Numbered from the stretch's first letter, positions 20,720 through 30,797 are shown. The stretch: DNA of 64,000 bases from an uncultured Candidatus Saccharibacteria bacterium (GCA_964473175.1 CAYYNN010000003.1:7057-71056); one strand, 5' to 3'. The notes: generated by a model not told the origin, from the letters alone. Translations and numbers: made by a program.

Positions 20720-20909
20720 AGGAAGAACTCCGCAAAGGTCGAACCCCTCATTATGCTTACCAAACAGGCACTAGAAGAATACAAACAACTCCACCGAGAA
20801 GAAACCGGTACGGTCCTTCCCGATGATGTTCTTGCTAATGAGGCAATTAACTTGCTCACGCTTTTTAACTTCGTCTACAGGCCGATAAAGAAAGTGTGGC
20901 TCGAAGAAT

Positions 20910-21899
20910 ATGGACGACAAAATAAATCTAAACGAGGAATGGCAGAGAGCTCTCAGTCAGAAGTACAAATCGCCGAAACGAGTGGCGAAGTTCGAAGAAT
21001 TCAAAAAGACCCACCTCGAACAAACCAGGAGTGAAATAAATCCGGACACACTTCGCAGTAAGAAAAAGCCCAATAGGTTTGTTGTCGATAACGAGTATGT
21101 CAAAGGTTATTACCTAGCGAAATTTCCACCAGTCTGTTCTCAGGTTCTTTTCACGTTACTTGTCCATTGTAACCTCAACAGGCAGGATGCCTTTCCGAGC
21201 ATTGTCACCATTCAAGAACTCTCCGGATGTACCAACACTCGAAGTGTCATTAGTGCTCTGAGGATTCTTGAGGCCTACGGGATACTCAACATTCGTCGGT
21301 CCAAGAGAGGGATAAAAGCAGTGAATGTCTATTTCTTTCAGTCGGTCCGACATTGGAGACCACTCTCAAAGAGCATGAAAAAGATTAAGCTCACTGATCC
21401 ATTACCGCAATGGCAAAATTCCGTCCAGAGCACTGGCAGAAAACAGACCTATCGTACTGGCCCTACTGCCAATCTAACTAACCTAAGAGAAAACTATAAT
21501 AATAAAATACAAAATATTGGAGATATTTTAAGGGAAAGATTCAAAATGCCAGAAGACCCGTCTAAGGTTGCTATTCCCACACCTTCTAGCAATACTGTCG
21601 TCGATGACAAAAAGGCAGAAGACATGGGACCTGATACGCTTGTTAGAACAGGTGAAAAACAAGAGTATCGTACTGGCACTAATGCCACTACGATTGATAC
21701 CCGTAATAACGGGAAATTAACGGGAACCGAAAGTCAGAGACATGGCATGTCATCAGCCGTTTATAAACGGGAAATAACGGTCGAAAAACCTCCCGAGGAT
21801 CCATTTATAAATGGAGAAAAATGGACTAAGGAAGATGGAGGTATCGGCCTGATGAATATCAACAATGAAGACATCGGACCAGGAAGCGCAACATTATAA
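20910..21899 (+). CDS. Winged-helix DNA-binding protein, plasmid/phage replication-initiator-like, with C-terminal KQxYRTG repeats
   Basis: wHTH-like segment FPSIVTIQELSGCTNTRSVISALRILEAYGIL; repeats KQTYRTGPTA and KQEYRTGTNA. Confidence 0.45.
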   Translation: MDDKINLNEEWQRALSQKYKSPKRVAKFEEFKKTHLEQTRSEINPDTLRSKKKPNRFVVDNEYVKGYYLAKFPPVCSQVLFTLLVHCNLNRQDAFPSIVTIQELSGCTNTRSVISALRILEAYGILNIRRSKRGIKAVNVYFFQSVRHWRPLSKSMKKIKLTDPLPQWQNSVQSTGRKQTYRTGPTANLTNLRENYNNKIQNIGDILRERFKMPEDPSKVAIPTPSSNTVVDDKKAEDMGPDTLVRTGEKQEYRTGTNATTIDTRNNGKLTGTESQRHGMSSAVYKREITVEKPPEDPFINGEKWTKEDGGIGLMNINNEDIGPGSATL

Positions 21900-21904
21900 A
21901 AACT

Positions 21905-23569
21905 ATGAACAACACAAAACCAACAATTAAATACTTCCTCTACGCACGTAAATCAAGCGAGGCAGAAGACCGTCAGGCAGCGTCCATCGATGCCCAGAAA
22001 GACGAGCTTATGAAGATTGCAAAGGATCAAGGCTTACACATCCTAGATATCCTTGAAGAATCACAATCAGCCAAAAAGCCAGGCAGGAAAGTATTCAACT
22101 CAATGCTTGAGAGAATCTATAAAGGAGAAGCCAATGGCATCCTGTGTTGGAAACTAGACCGCCTAGCACGTAATCCTGTCGATGGTGGCCAGATAAGTTG
22201 GATGTTGCAGCAGAGTGCCGTATCTCAAATTGTTACCTTCGGCCGAACTTACTATCCCACTGACAACGTTCTCATGATGCAGGTCGAACTTGGTATGGCC
22301 AATCAGTTTATCCGAGACCTATCAGTGAACGTAAAGCGAGGTCTACAAAAGAAGGTAAGAGATGGATGGATGCCAAGTGGCGCACCGATCGGATACCTCA
22401 ATACTCCAAATAAACAAAAGGGTTATAAGACTTTGGAAAAAGATCCTGAAAGATTTCCACTGGTCCGAAGACTCTTTGACCTTGCACTTACCGGCAATTA
22501 TTCAATGGCCCAGATTTGGAATATCTCAAGAAAGCAGTTGAATCTCCGAACGGTCCCACGTAGGAACATTGGCGGCGAACATCTTTCACGGTCAGCAATT
22601 TATGCAGTCCTTGGTAATCCATTTTATTACGGCTGGTTTGAGTTTCCGCTCCACAGTGGCAATTGGAATAAGGGAGCGCATGAGCCAATGGTAACCAAAG
22701 AGGAATTTGATCAAGTACAAAAGGTTATGGGTAGAACCAACCAGCCACGTCCACGACATGAGGAGAGAATGTTCGCTTTTACCGGCCTTATGAAATGTGC
22801 CACTTGTGGTTGCAGTATTACAGCTCAAGCCAAAGTAAAGCGTTGCAAGAATGGTAATGTTCACCATTATGTTTATTACAACTGCACCAAAAAGAGATAT
22901 GACGCTGGCTGCACTGAAAAGCATGTCGAAGTAAAATTGCTACACCTCCAGATCGGGGCAATACTTAAGGATATAAAAATTTCAGAAGAATATCGTGACT
23001 GGGCGGTCCGCCATGTCCATGAGGTTCGCAAGAATGAAGCCGAGAGTGACTCAATTGCAATAAGGACCAAACACAAGGAATGTGAAGAAGTGACGCAGCA
23101 GCTGCAGTCTTTGACTTTGAACTTCACTGCACCCTCCAACAAGGCTCGAAACGTTATTGGCGAACAGGAATACCAGTCTCTTAAGTCTGAGCTACTCAGA
23201 AAGAAGGGTCTTCTTGAAGACGAATTAAAGATCAAGAATAAGGCGGTCGAACAATGGGCAGAACTTTCAGAACAAACCTTTGACTTTGCTTGCTATGCAC
23301 ACCTTTGGTACGAGAATGGCGATGAAAAGACCAAAAGAGCGATACTCGCATGCCTTGGCTCGAACCTCACCATTTCAGACAAAAAGATCCAGCTTTCTTA
23401 CAGTTCTTTCTTTTTGAGCCTCATAAAAGCACGAGAAGCTATTCAACAGGAAATAGAGCACGCTCGAACCTACAAAAAGCCAGGCCACATACGACAAAAG
23501 TGGCATCATGTGCCACTTTTGTCAGTCAGGCTCCCCCGGCTGGATTCGAACCAACGACCCATCGCTTAA
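21905..23569 (+). CDS. Large serine recombinase (resolvase domain, recombinase domain and zinc ribbon)
   Basis: YARKSSE catalytic serine motif; CATCGC ... CTKK zinc ribbon; coiled-coil C-terminus. The last 13 codons are antisense to tRNA-Asn. Confidence 0.85.
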   Translation: MNNTKPTIKYFLYARKSSEAEDRQAASIDAQKDELMKIAKDQGLHILDILEESQSAKKPGRKVFNSMLERIYKGEANGILCWKLDRLARNPVDGGQISWMLQQSAVSQIVTFGRTYYPTDNVLMMQVELGMANQFIRDLSVNVKRGLQKKVRDGWMPSGAPIGYLNTPNKQKGYKTLEKDPERFPLVRRLFDLALTGNYSMAQIWNISRKQLNLRTVPRRNIGGEHLSRSAIYAVLGNPFYYGWFEFPLHSGNWNKGAHEPMVTKEEFDQVQKVMGRTNQPRPRHEERMFAFTGLMKCATCGCSITAQAKVKRCKNGNVHHYVYYNCTKKRYDAGCTEKHVEVKLLHLQIGAILKDIKISEEYRDWAVRHVHEVRKNEAESDSIAIRTKHKECEEVTQQLQSLTLNFTAPSNKARNVIGEQEYQSLKSELLRKKGLLEDELKIKNKAVEQWAELSEQTFDFACYAHLWYENGDEKTKRAILACLGSNLTISDKKIQLSYSSFFLSLIKAREAIQQEIEHARTYKKPGHIRQKWHHVPLLSVRLPRLDSNQRPIA

Positions 23570-23602
23570 CAGGCGATTGCTCTACCGCTGAGCTACAAGG
23601 GA
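23531..23602 (-). tRNA. tRNA-Asn (GUU)
   Basis: Minus-strand cloverleaf: acceptor TCCCTTG/CGGGGGA, anticodon loop CTGTTAA, T-loop GGTTCGAATCC. Confidence 0.8.
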
Positions 23603-23653
23603 ATGCGGTGTTCAAAATTGAACTTGAAGACTATACCATTTTTTTCAATGGCT

Positions 23654-23893
23654 TCAAAGCCTGAAATCGCTTTTATACACGGTTCGTAGCGGTGCATTTG
23701 GATGGTTGTTCCATACATCAAACCGTCCCCATCCATAGCCTATTTGGGGCTCTGAGAGATATCGAGGCGCCTGTGCCGCAAGCCATGTACCTGGTGGTAT
23801 AGCTGTTGGTGCGATCCATTCACCGCGCACAAGGTGCGGGTACATGACCCAAACGAGCAGGAGCGCGCCAATAGTTGCCAATACTTTACCCAT
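23654..23893 (-). CDS. Small hydrophobic hypothetical protein (79 aa)
   Basis: ORF with an N-terminal TM segment; no similarity recognised. Confidence 0.3.
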   Translation of the reverse strand: MGKVLATIGALLLVWVMYPHLVRGEWIAPTAIPPGTWLAAQAPRYLSEPQIGYGWGRFDVWNNHPNAPLRTVYKSDFRL

Positions 23894-23940
23894 AAGGCTA
23901 TACTACCTATCAATTTTAATTTTTCAACCCCATCGATACT

Positions 23941-25356
23941 ATGCATCACTTCACCAAAAAGACTAAAATCGTCGCAACTATCGGACCAGCTACTGAGAAG
24001 AAAGATGCTTTTGCCAAGATATTGCGAGCGGGAGTAAACGTTGCACGTATCAACATGAGTCATGGTTCGTATGAAGAACAGGCATCAAAGATACAAAACA
24101 TCAAAACAGTATCAAAAAAGGAAGGAATTCCTGTGGCGATACTCTTGGATCTCTGTGGTCCCAAAATCCGTATTGGAGACTTCAAAGAGGGACCAGTAGA
24201 GCTTGTTGTGGGGCAGGAATTTATCCTAACAGGAGAACAATGCGAGGGAGATGTCCATCGTGTGCATTTTAACTACCCACATATTGTTACTGATATCAAG
24301 GCGGGTATGGTACTGATGGTAGATGATGGGAAAAAGAAGTTGGAAGTGATGAAGGTAAAAGGAGTTGAAATATATACCAAGGTCATTATTGGGGGAACAA
24401 TAAAATCTCGTCGGGGAGTTAACATTCCTGGAGCATACCTCTCTATTGACGCACTCACGGCAAAAGATAAAAAGGATCTTGTTTTTGGATTAGGGCTGGG
24501 TGTGGATTTTGTTGCACTTTCATTTGTGCGTACAGCACATGATATAGAAGTACTTCGCAAGCTTTTGAAAAAACATGATTCTTCTGCGCAAATAGTAGCC
24601 AAGATAGAAACTACAGAAGCAATTGAAAATATTGACGCTATTATTGAAGCGACTGATGTCGTCATGGTTGCGCGCGGAGATCTGGCCACAGAAGCAGGTC
24701 CAGAAAAAGTTCCGTTGTATCAAAAACAAATCGTACGTAAATGTAATAATGTCGGAAAACCAGTGATTATTGCGACACAAATGTTAGAAAGTATGATCAC
24801 AACACCAGTACCGACTCGAGCAGAGGTTTCTGATGTTGCCAATGCTATTTTTGACGGAGCTGATGCGGTCATGCTTTCTGAAGAAACAACGTTGGGTAAA
24901 TATCCTGTTGAAGCGGTTTCTATGATGACACATATTGCAGAGATAACTGAAGCAGAGATAGGGACACACCGTCGTTTGAAAGTGCATTCAGGTGATGTTG
25001 TAGACTCTATTTCTTCTTCGGTGGTACACAACGCAGAAGATGTGAAAGCAACTGCGATTGTTGCATTGACCGAAACAGGATCAACAGCTCGTATGATTGC
25101 TCGCTACAAACCGCAACAACCGCTTATCGCATTTACTTCTGATGAGCGAGTGGTCAGACACCTCCTCTTGGTGTATGGGTGTTATCCAGTGAAAATAAAA
25201 CCATTTCAATTTATTGCGCAGATTATTCCCACAGTGAATGCAACACTCAAAAAAGAAGGTGTTGCGGTGAAGGGAGACCATATTGTTGTTTCTGCGGGAG
25301 TGCCGTTTCGAGTAACAGGAAGTACAAATATGCTGATGATTTTGACTGTGGAGTAG
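23941..25356 (+). CDS. pyk: Pyruvate kinase
   Basis: KTKIVATIGPA and RINMSHGS motifs. Confidence 0.9.
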   Translation: MHHFTKKTKIVATIGPATEKKDAFAKILRAGVNVARINMSHGSYEEQASKIQNIKTVSKKEGIPVAILLDLCGPKIRIGDFKEGPVELVVGQEFILTGEQCEGDVHRVHFNYPHIVTDIKAGMVLMVDDGKKKLEVMKVKGVEIYTKVIIGGTIKSRRGVNIPGAYLSIDALTAKDKKDLVFGLGLGVDFVALSFVRTAHDIEVLRKLLKKHDSSAQIVAKIETTEAIENIDAIIEATDVVMVARGDLATEAGPEKVPLYQKQIVRKCNNVGKPVIIATQMLESMITTPVPTRAEVSDVANAIFDGADAVMLSEETTLGKYPVEAVSMMTHIAEITEAEIGTHRRLKVHSGDVVDSISSSVVHNAEDVKATAIVALTETGSTARMIARYKPQQPLIAFTSDERVVRHLLLVYGCYPVKIKPFQFIAQIIPTVNATLKKEGVAVKGDHIVVSAGVPFRVTGSTNMLMILTVE

Positions 25357-25392
25357 AACTTGTCTCGATAGAGAAAGTGGTATACTAGATAT

Positions 25393-25752
25393 ATGAATAT
25401 ATCAATTAACGCACACAGTATAGAACTTACCGGACCGTTAAAAGAGTATGTAGAGAAGCGCTTTAGTGGCCTCTCCAAATACACTGGAGGGGAACCGATG
25501 GTCGTTGTCGACCTGGATAAAACAACAGGACACCACCACAAGGGTGACATATTTGAAGCAAAGGCAAGTGTAACCACTCCGTTGGGTAAGATACACTATG
25601 CTGTATCTCAAAAGTCAGATATGTATGAAGCAGTGGATGATGTACGCAAAGAAATCATTCGAGAACTAACATCTGCGAAGGGCAAGAAAAATACACTGTT
25701 TCGCCGAGGTGCAACAAAAATAAAACGAATCCTTAAAGGGTTGCGCTCTTAG
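25393..25752 (+). CDS. hpf: Ribosome hibernation promoting factor (RaiA/HPF family)
   Basis: MNISINAHSIELTGPLKEYVEKRF N-terminus typical of the family. Confidence 0.8.
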   Translation: MNISINAHSIELTGPLKEYVEKRFSGLSKYTGGEPMVVVDLDKTTGHHHKGDIFEAKASVTTPLGKIHYAVSQKSDMYEAVDDVRKEIIRELTSAKGKKNTLFRRGATKIKRILKGLRS

Positions 25753-26569
25753 TTTGGTATACAGAAAATGGCATTCGTTTTCCGTTTTCTGGGATCACTT
25801 CATCGATGACAAATATCTCACCATCAAGGTGAGCTTTTGTTATTTTGATACGGCGACCACCATCAAAAAAGTATATTCCTGGCCACGGAGTATATGCACG
25901 AAACTTTCGATCACTAAGTACTCCGGTATCTGAAAGATGTATCTCACCGTCTTCTTTAGAAATTTTGGTACAGGTTGTGACGAGAGATTCGTCTTGAGCT
26001 CTTGGATTTGTTTTTCCTTCAAAGATATCTTGGATGAGTATAGGAAGTATTTCTAATGCTGCGGTGTTAAGTTTTGCTCGTAAAGATAGTGTTGTATCGA
26101 TGAGTTCAACAGAGACATCCTGTGTGGCTAGAATGTCTCCAGAGTCGAGTGTATATTTCATTTGTTGAATAGTTACACCAGTAACAGTATCCCCGTTAAG
26201 TATTGCTGACTCGGTTGGAGTTGCTCCTCGATACTGAGGGAGAAGGGAATAGTGTACATTGATCGTGCCAAGCTTCGGGAGAGATATCACTCGCTCAGGC
26301 ATGATCTTGCCATAGGCAACGACAACGAATAAATCCCATGGTTTTTTCGAAAGCTCTAAAAAGAATGCATCATCAAGTTTGTCTGGCTGTATACATGTAA
26401 TACTGTGTCCATCTGCCCACACCTTTGGTTCAGGTGACGTCATCACCATACCGCGACCCACAGGGCGATCTGGGCCGGTAATGACCAGAGAAGGGGAAAG
26501 ACCACTGCTCACCAGTGTATCGAGAAAGTCAGTCGTAAATGGTGGAGTGCCGAAAAAAGCTATGTTCAT
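25733..26569 (-). CDS. fmt: Methionyl-tRNA formyltransferase
   Basis: MNIAFFGTPPF start; formyltransferase core; lies immediately downstream of def. Confidence 0.85.
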   Translation of the reverse strand: MNIAFFGTPPFTTDFLDTLVSSGLSPSLVITGPDRPVGRGMVMTSPEPKVWADGHSITCIQPDKLDDAFFLELSKKPWDLFVVVAYGKIMPERVISLPKLGTINVHYSLLPQYRGATPTESAILNGDTVTGVTIQQMKYTLDSGDILATQDVSVELIDTTLSLRAKLNTAALEILPILIQDIFEGKTNPRAQDESLVTTCTKISKEDGEIHLSDTGVLSDRKFRAYTPWPGIYFFDGGRRIKITKAHLDGEIFVIDEVIPENGKRMPFSVYQTKSATL

Positions 26570-26570
26570 A

Positions 26571-27059
26571 TTATTTTTCTGGAGGAATATCCTGCACTGC
26601 AGTTGTTTTGTCGATAAAAAGAATACCATTGAGATGATCAATCTCATGTTGAAATATTTGGGCCAAGAGTCCGCGACCGCTCATGACGAATTCATTGCCA
26701 TCGGCGTTGAGCGCGCGAACAGTTGCAGATGTTGCTCGCTTCACGAGGCCGTACTTCCAACGCACTGACAAACATCCTTCGGAGAGTTCCTCCTTTTTCT
26801 TGCCGAGTTTGATAATCTCTGGATTGATGAACACAGTATCTTCGGTAAGGAGTTTGGATGCACGCTGTGCCACAACGAAAATACGCAGGCTATGTCCAAT
26901 CTGAGGAGCAGCAATAGCAACACCATCTGGCTCTCCGTTAAGTGCTATTTTCATATCACTAATAATATCTTCTATATATGGTGTGCGAATATCGCCTACA
27001 GATACTGCTGGTGCAGTACGCCGTAACACCTGATCGGGTTCTTGAACAATAGCTTTCAT
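26571..27059 (-). CDS. def: Peptide deformylase
   Basis: EGCLS and HEIDHLNG motifs. Start trimmed to MKAIVQEP. Confidence 0.85.
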   Translation of the reverse strand: MKAIVQEPDQVLRRTAPAVSVGDIRTPYIEDIISDMKIALNGEPDGVAIAAPQIGHSLRIFVVAQRASKLLTEDTVFINPEIIKLGKKKEELSEGCLSVRWKYGLVKRATSATVRALNADGNEFVMSGRGLLAQIFQHEIDHLNGILFIDKTTAVQDIPPEK

Positions 27060-27066
27060 GTCGTAT

Positions 27067-28371
27067 TTATTTGAGATGCTTAATATAGGTACAAAGCTCT
27101 GAAATAGCAACCGTGTCTTGTGAGTGGTTTTCCATATTGCGAACAATGACCGTGTTGTGAACTGCTTCCATTTGCCCAAAAATAATTACATACGGAGCAC
27201 CTGATTTTTCTGCGACTGCGAGCTGTGCACCCAAGCTATCTTTGGAAAGTGCTTGAATCATCGGTACATGTGCCTTGCGCAAGATTTCAATAACATTGAG
27301 ACTCTTGAGTTTTGCTTCCATACCAACTTGGATGAAATATACTTTGGGTTTCTTCATGATACGCGGCGTCAGATCACGGAACCATGGTTGCTCAATAATA
27401 CGATCCATACCAATAGATCCACCCATTGCAGGAATATCTTTTTTACTCCCGAGCTGCTTGCCAAGATAGTCGTACCGTCCGCCACCGGCAATAGTCATTT
27501 TGCTTCCATCTTCTGCGACTTCGATAATTTCGAACACTGTATGTGTGTAGTATGAAAGACCACGAACAAGCATTTTGTCGATTTGGTAGGGAATATTCAT
27601 TTGATCCAATGCCTCAAGAACTTCCTTGAAGTGCTTTTTGCCTGCAGTGGTGAGGTAGCTGACAGAATCCGGTGCATCTGCGTTGATCGCAATAGTTGCG
27701 GGTTCTTTAGAATCCAATATTCGAAGCGGGTTCGTTTTGAGACGCTCTCGGTCTATTTCTGCAAGGTCATCAATATGCTTTTTGTAATAGTTGGTGAGCT
27801 CTTTGATGTAGTTTGGACGAGATTCTTTGTCGCCAATGGAGTTGATCGTGACGCAGCAATTTTTCGCCCCAGCTTCTTCGAGGATGGTATAAATCGTTTT
27901 GATAACTAATGCGTCAACAATACTTTTCTCACTGCCGATAGAGTCAACATCAAACTGATAAAACTGTCGGTATCGTCCACGTTGTGGTTTGTCATGACGA
28001 AATACTGGACCTGAGTGATACAGGAGTACTGGTTGTGGTTGGTTTTGCATGCCGTGTTCGATGTATGCACGCATGAGTCCCGCTGTTTGTTCAGGACGCA
28101 TCGCAAGATGGTCACCACCTTTTGTTTTAAGCGTATACATTTCTTTGTCGACGATATCGGTACCTACACCAACCGCAGTGGTGAATGTTTCTTCGTGTTC
28201 GAGTATTGGAGTTTCAATAGGTTTAAATCCGTAATAGACAGCGACTTCTTGAGCCTTTTCAAAGAAGCCTTGGAACTTATAGTATTCATCTCCAATAATG
28301 TCGCGCATACCTTTTGGACTACTAAGTTCCTGGGGTTTCTTTGGAGTTTCACTTTTCATGTCTTTACTCAT
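27067..28371 (-). CDS. hisS: Histidyl-tRNA synthetase
   Basis: Class II aaRS with GMRD motif. Start trimmed to MSKDMKSE. Confidence 0.85.
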   Translation of the reverse strand: MSKDMKSETPKKPQELSSPKGMRDIIGDEYYKFQGFFEKAQEVAVYYGFKPIETPILEHEETFTTAVGVGTDIVDKEMYTLKTKGGDHLAMRPEQTAGLMRAYIEHGMQNQPQPVLLYHSGPVFRHDKPQRGRYRQFYQFDVDSIGSEKSIVDALVIKTIYTILEEAGAKNCCVTINSIGDKESRPNYIKELTNYYKKHIDDLAEIDRERLKTNPLRILDSKEPATIAINADAPDSVSYLTTAGKKHFKEVLEALDQMNIPYQIDKMLVRGLSYYTHTVFEIIEVAEDGSKMTIAGGGRYDYLGKQLGSKKDIPAMGGSIGMDRIIEQPWFRDLTPRIMKKPKVYFIQVGMEAKLKSLNVIEILRKAHVPMIQALSKDSLGAQLAVAEKSGAPYVIIFGQMEAVHNTVIVRNMENHSQDTVAISELCTYIKHLK

Positions 28372-28981
28372 AATGTACTTTTGCTGGTAAGGAGTTGATC
28401 GCTGAAATAGGGAGGAGTCGCAATAGTGCGCGTCCGCGAATATTTTTGATGGGGAGCATACCCCATGATCGAGAGTCGTAGCTCCCACTCCGGTTATCAC
28501 CCATAACGAAATAGTTGTCTACGGGTACTTTGACCGTCATCATATCCTTGCTTGTATGTTCAATAAATGGTTCTTGTAACACTAAGCCGTTCGGATGCTG
28601 TGTGTTCGTAATCGTAACGGTACTTCCATCAATGGTCACCGTATCTCCTGGAAGACCAATAATACGCTTAATATAATATTTGGAGGGTTCAGGTGGTGCC
28701 TTGAACACAATCACGTCACCTCGGTTGGGTGCATGAAGTTTGTACGATACTTCATCAATGATGAGATATTGCCCATTCTTGATATTAGGATCCATTGAAT
28801 TTCCAGAGACAATAAATGGACGTATAACGAATGCTTGAATCAAAAGCGCCAAACCGATTGCTGCGCCAATATACAGAACATTTTCTATAAATATCCAAAA
28901 CCTTGAGCGTGCGGTTGTCGGTACTGCCATATCTGGTTCCATAAGTACGGGAATTATAGTTGATTTCCAGATATAGTACAA
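28364..28981 (-). CDS. lepB: Signal peptidase I
   Basis: SGNSMDP, RGDVIVF and GDNRSGSYDSR motifs. Confidence 0.8.
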   Translation of the reverse strand: MYYIWKSTIIPVLMEPDMAVPTTARSRFWIFIENVLYIGAAIGLALLIQAFVIRPFIVSGNSMDPNIKNGQYLIIDEVSYKLHAPNRGDVIVFKAPPEPSKYYIKRIIGLPGDTVTIDGSTVTITNTQHPNGLVLQEPFIEHTSKDMMTVKVPVDNYFVMGDNRSGSYDSRSWGMLPIKNIRGRALLRLLPISAINSLPAKVHYE

Positions 28982-29013
28982 ACATTGAAATATAATCTTT
29001 TTTCAATTACAGT

Positions 29014-29586
29014 GTGCATATGAATATACTCATTGGTCTCGGTAACCCCGGCCACAAGTTTGCTGGACATCGACATAACGTAGGCTTCATGACGCTTGAT
29101 GCGCTTGCTGCTCGAGAAGGGTTACACTTCACTGAGCGAGCACTTTTCAATGCGCAGATAGTGGGGTATGGAAAAGAATTCCTTTTGGTAAAGCCTGATA
29201 CGTTCATGAATGATTCTGGAAAGGCTGCGCGCATGCTTGCAAAGCAATACGATGCACAGATCGTTGTTGTGTATGATGATATCGATATTGATATCGGCAC
29301 GGTGAAGTGCTCATTTGCCCGTGGTGCAGGCGGGCACAATGGTGTGCAGTCCGTCATCGACCATCTGGGTACGAATGAATTTGCGCGCATCAGAGTTGGT
29401 GTGCGACCAGTTCATGAAGAACTACTGCCCAAGATTGCACCACCTGATGGATTTGAAAAATATCTCCTTTCAAACTTTGCACCAATGGAAGAAGACATGA
29501 AGCAGCAAGGGATCAACAAAGCGATAGAAATTATCAACACACTAAAGACCCACAGTTTTGATGAAGTAATGAATAAGTTTAATTAA
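29014..29586 (+). CDS. pth: Peptidyl-tRNA hydrolase
   Basis: LIGLGNPG and HNVGF motifs. Confidence 0.85.
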   Translation: MHMNILIGLGNPGHKFAGHRHNVGFMTLDALAAREGLHFTERALFNAQIVGYGKEFLLVKPDTFMNDSGKAARMLAKQYDAQIVVVYDDIDIDIGTVKCSFARGAGGHNGVQSVIDHLGTNEFARIRVGVRPVHEELLPKIAPPDGFEKYLLSNFAPMEEDMKQQGINKAIEIINTLKTHSFDEVMNKFN

Positions 29587-29588
29587 TT

Positions 29589-29626
29589 AAAAACCGCCAG
29601 TCATTCCTGACTGGCGGTTTTTAATT
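29589..29626. terminator. Bidirectional rho-independent terminator between pth (+) and rpsA (-)
   Basis: Hairpin aaaccgccagtcattcctgactggcggttt flanked by A-tracts and T-tracts. Confidence 0.7.
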
Positions 29627-29627
29627 C

Positions 29628-30797
29628 TTATTTAGTTTCTTCTGTTTTTTCAACTTCTTCAATCTTTTGTTCTCCGAATACGAGTGTCATACGCTGTTCT
29701 TTGGGTTCAAAGAGTGTGACCGTAAATGGGTAGGTGCGTCCGAGTTGGAGCTCTACACGAAGCTTGTCTTCACCACCAAATGTGGAGTGATGCACAAGTC
29801 CAGCCACTCCTTCTTTGATCGATACGAGTGCACCGTGCTTGTTATATTTGATCACGACACCTTTCACGATATCGCCTTTTTTGAGACTTCCTTCAAATGC
29901 TTTCCAAGGGTTATTCTTGAGCGCTTTGATGGAGAGTGAGATCTTACCATCCTTGATGTCGATGATTTTTGCCTTCACTTTGTCTTTCAACTTGAACATT
30001 GCACGTGGGTCTTCAACGAGTCCCCAGTCGAGTTCAGAGATGTGCACGAGTCCTTCGAGGCCATCCTCGATCTTGAGGAACACTCCGAAGTCGACGATAC
30101 CAGTCACTTCACAGTCGAGTTCATCGCCAATGGTGTATTTAGAAACGACTTCTTGACGTTCGCCTGGATTGTTATCTTTTTCAGAGAAGATAAGTTTGCC
30201 ATCCTTTGGGTTGGCGCTAATCATGGTCACTGCAAGTTTTGTACCAGTAAGTTTCTTGAGTTCTCTGAGAATCTTGTCTTTGTCGCTATCTTCTACTCGT
30301 GGGTAGTGTTCAGTCTTGAGTTGAGATGCTGGAAGGAATCCAGATACACCTTGCCAGTCAATAATGAGACCACCTTTGTTCGCATCTTTGATCGTGAGTT
30401 CGAATACTGTTTTGTCTTTGATTGCGTTTTCAGCATCACTCCACAGCATTGCAGCCTTTGCTTCTTTTAATGAAAGTTCTACATAGCCGTTTTCGTTTTC
30501 AATATCAACGACTTTCGCCTTGATGATGTCGCCGATATTTGTTTTCTTGATCAAGTCTCGTGCCGCAATGTATTCACGACCGTAGATGATACCAGTACCA
30601 AATGGTGCAAGGTCAATATAGATTGCAGCCTTTTCAACACCAATAACAGGACCTTCTACAAGCTCATCCATTTGCGGTCGGTGAGGACCAGTATCTTCTC
30701 CTTCTACTATTGTTTTTTCTACAACTTCAGCTTGAGGTTGCATTTGCTCCAATTCGTCTTTTTTGTATGGTTTTGGCATATACATAAAATGCGCCAC
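29628..30797 (-). CDS. rpsA: 30S ribosomal protein S1 (short four-S1-domain form)
   Basis: Repeated S1 domains (GDIIKAKV, GIVDFGVFLKI, GDIVKGVV); GTG start. Confidence 0.75.
   Translation of the reverse strand: MAHFMYMPKPYKKDELEQMQPQAEVVEKTIVEGEDTGPHRPQMDELVEGPVIGVEKAAIYIDLAPFGTGIIYGREYIAARDLIKKTNIGDIIKAKVVDIENENGYVELSLKEAKAAMLWSDAENAIKDKTVFELTIKDANKGGLIIDWQGVSGFLPASQLKTEHYPRVEDSDKDKILRELKKLTGTKLAVTMISANPKDGKLIFSEKDNNPGERQEVVSKYTIGDELDCEVTGIVDFGVFLKIEDGLEGLVHISELDWGLVEDPRAMFKLKDKVKAKIIDIKDGKISLSIKALKNNPWKAFEGSLKKGDIVKGVVIKYNKHGALVSIKEGVAGLVHHSTFGGEDKLRVELQLGRTYPFTVTLFEPKEQRMTLVFGEQKIEEVEKTEETK

Larger units (their letters stand above)
12259..23602. mobile_element. Putative integrated element at tRNA-Asn; the left boundary is uncertain
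   Basis: Recombinase abutting the 3' end of tRNA-Asn; rep-like gene, restriction-modification and DUF3800 cargo; low coding density at the left flank; no att repeat could be verified by eye. Confidence 0.45.

Noticed and set aside
20602-20859. ORFs 20602..20826 (+) and 20632..20859 (-)
   Set aside because: They overlap the direct repeats and the perfect hairpin in a non-coding regulatory gap, with Arg/Ser-rich composition.
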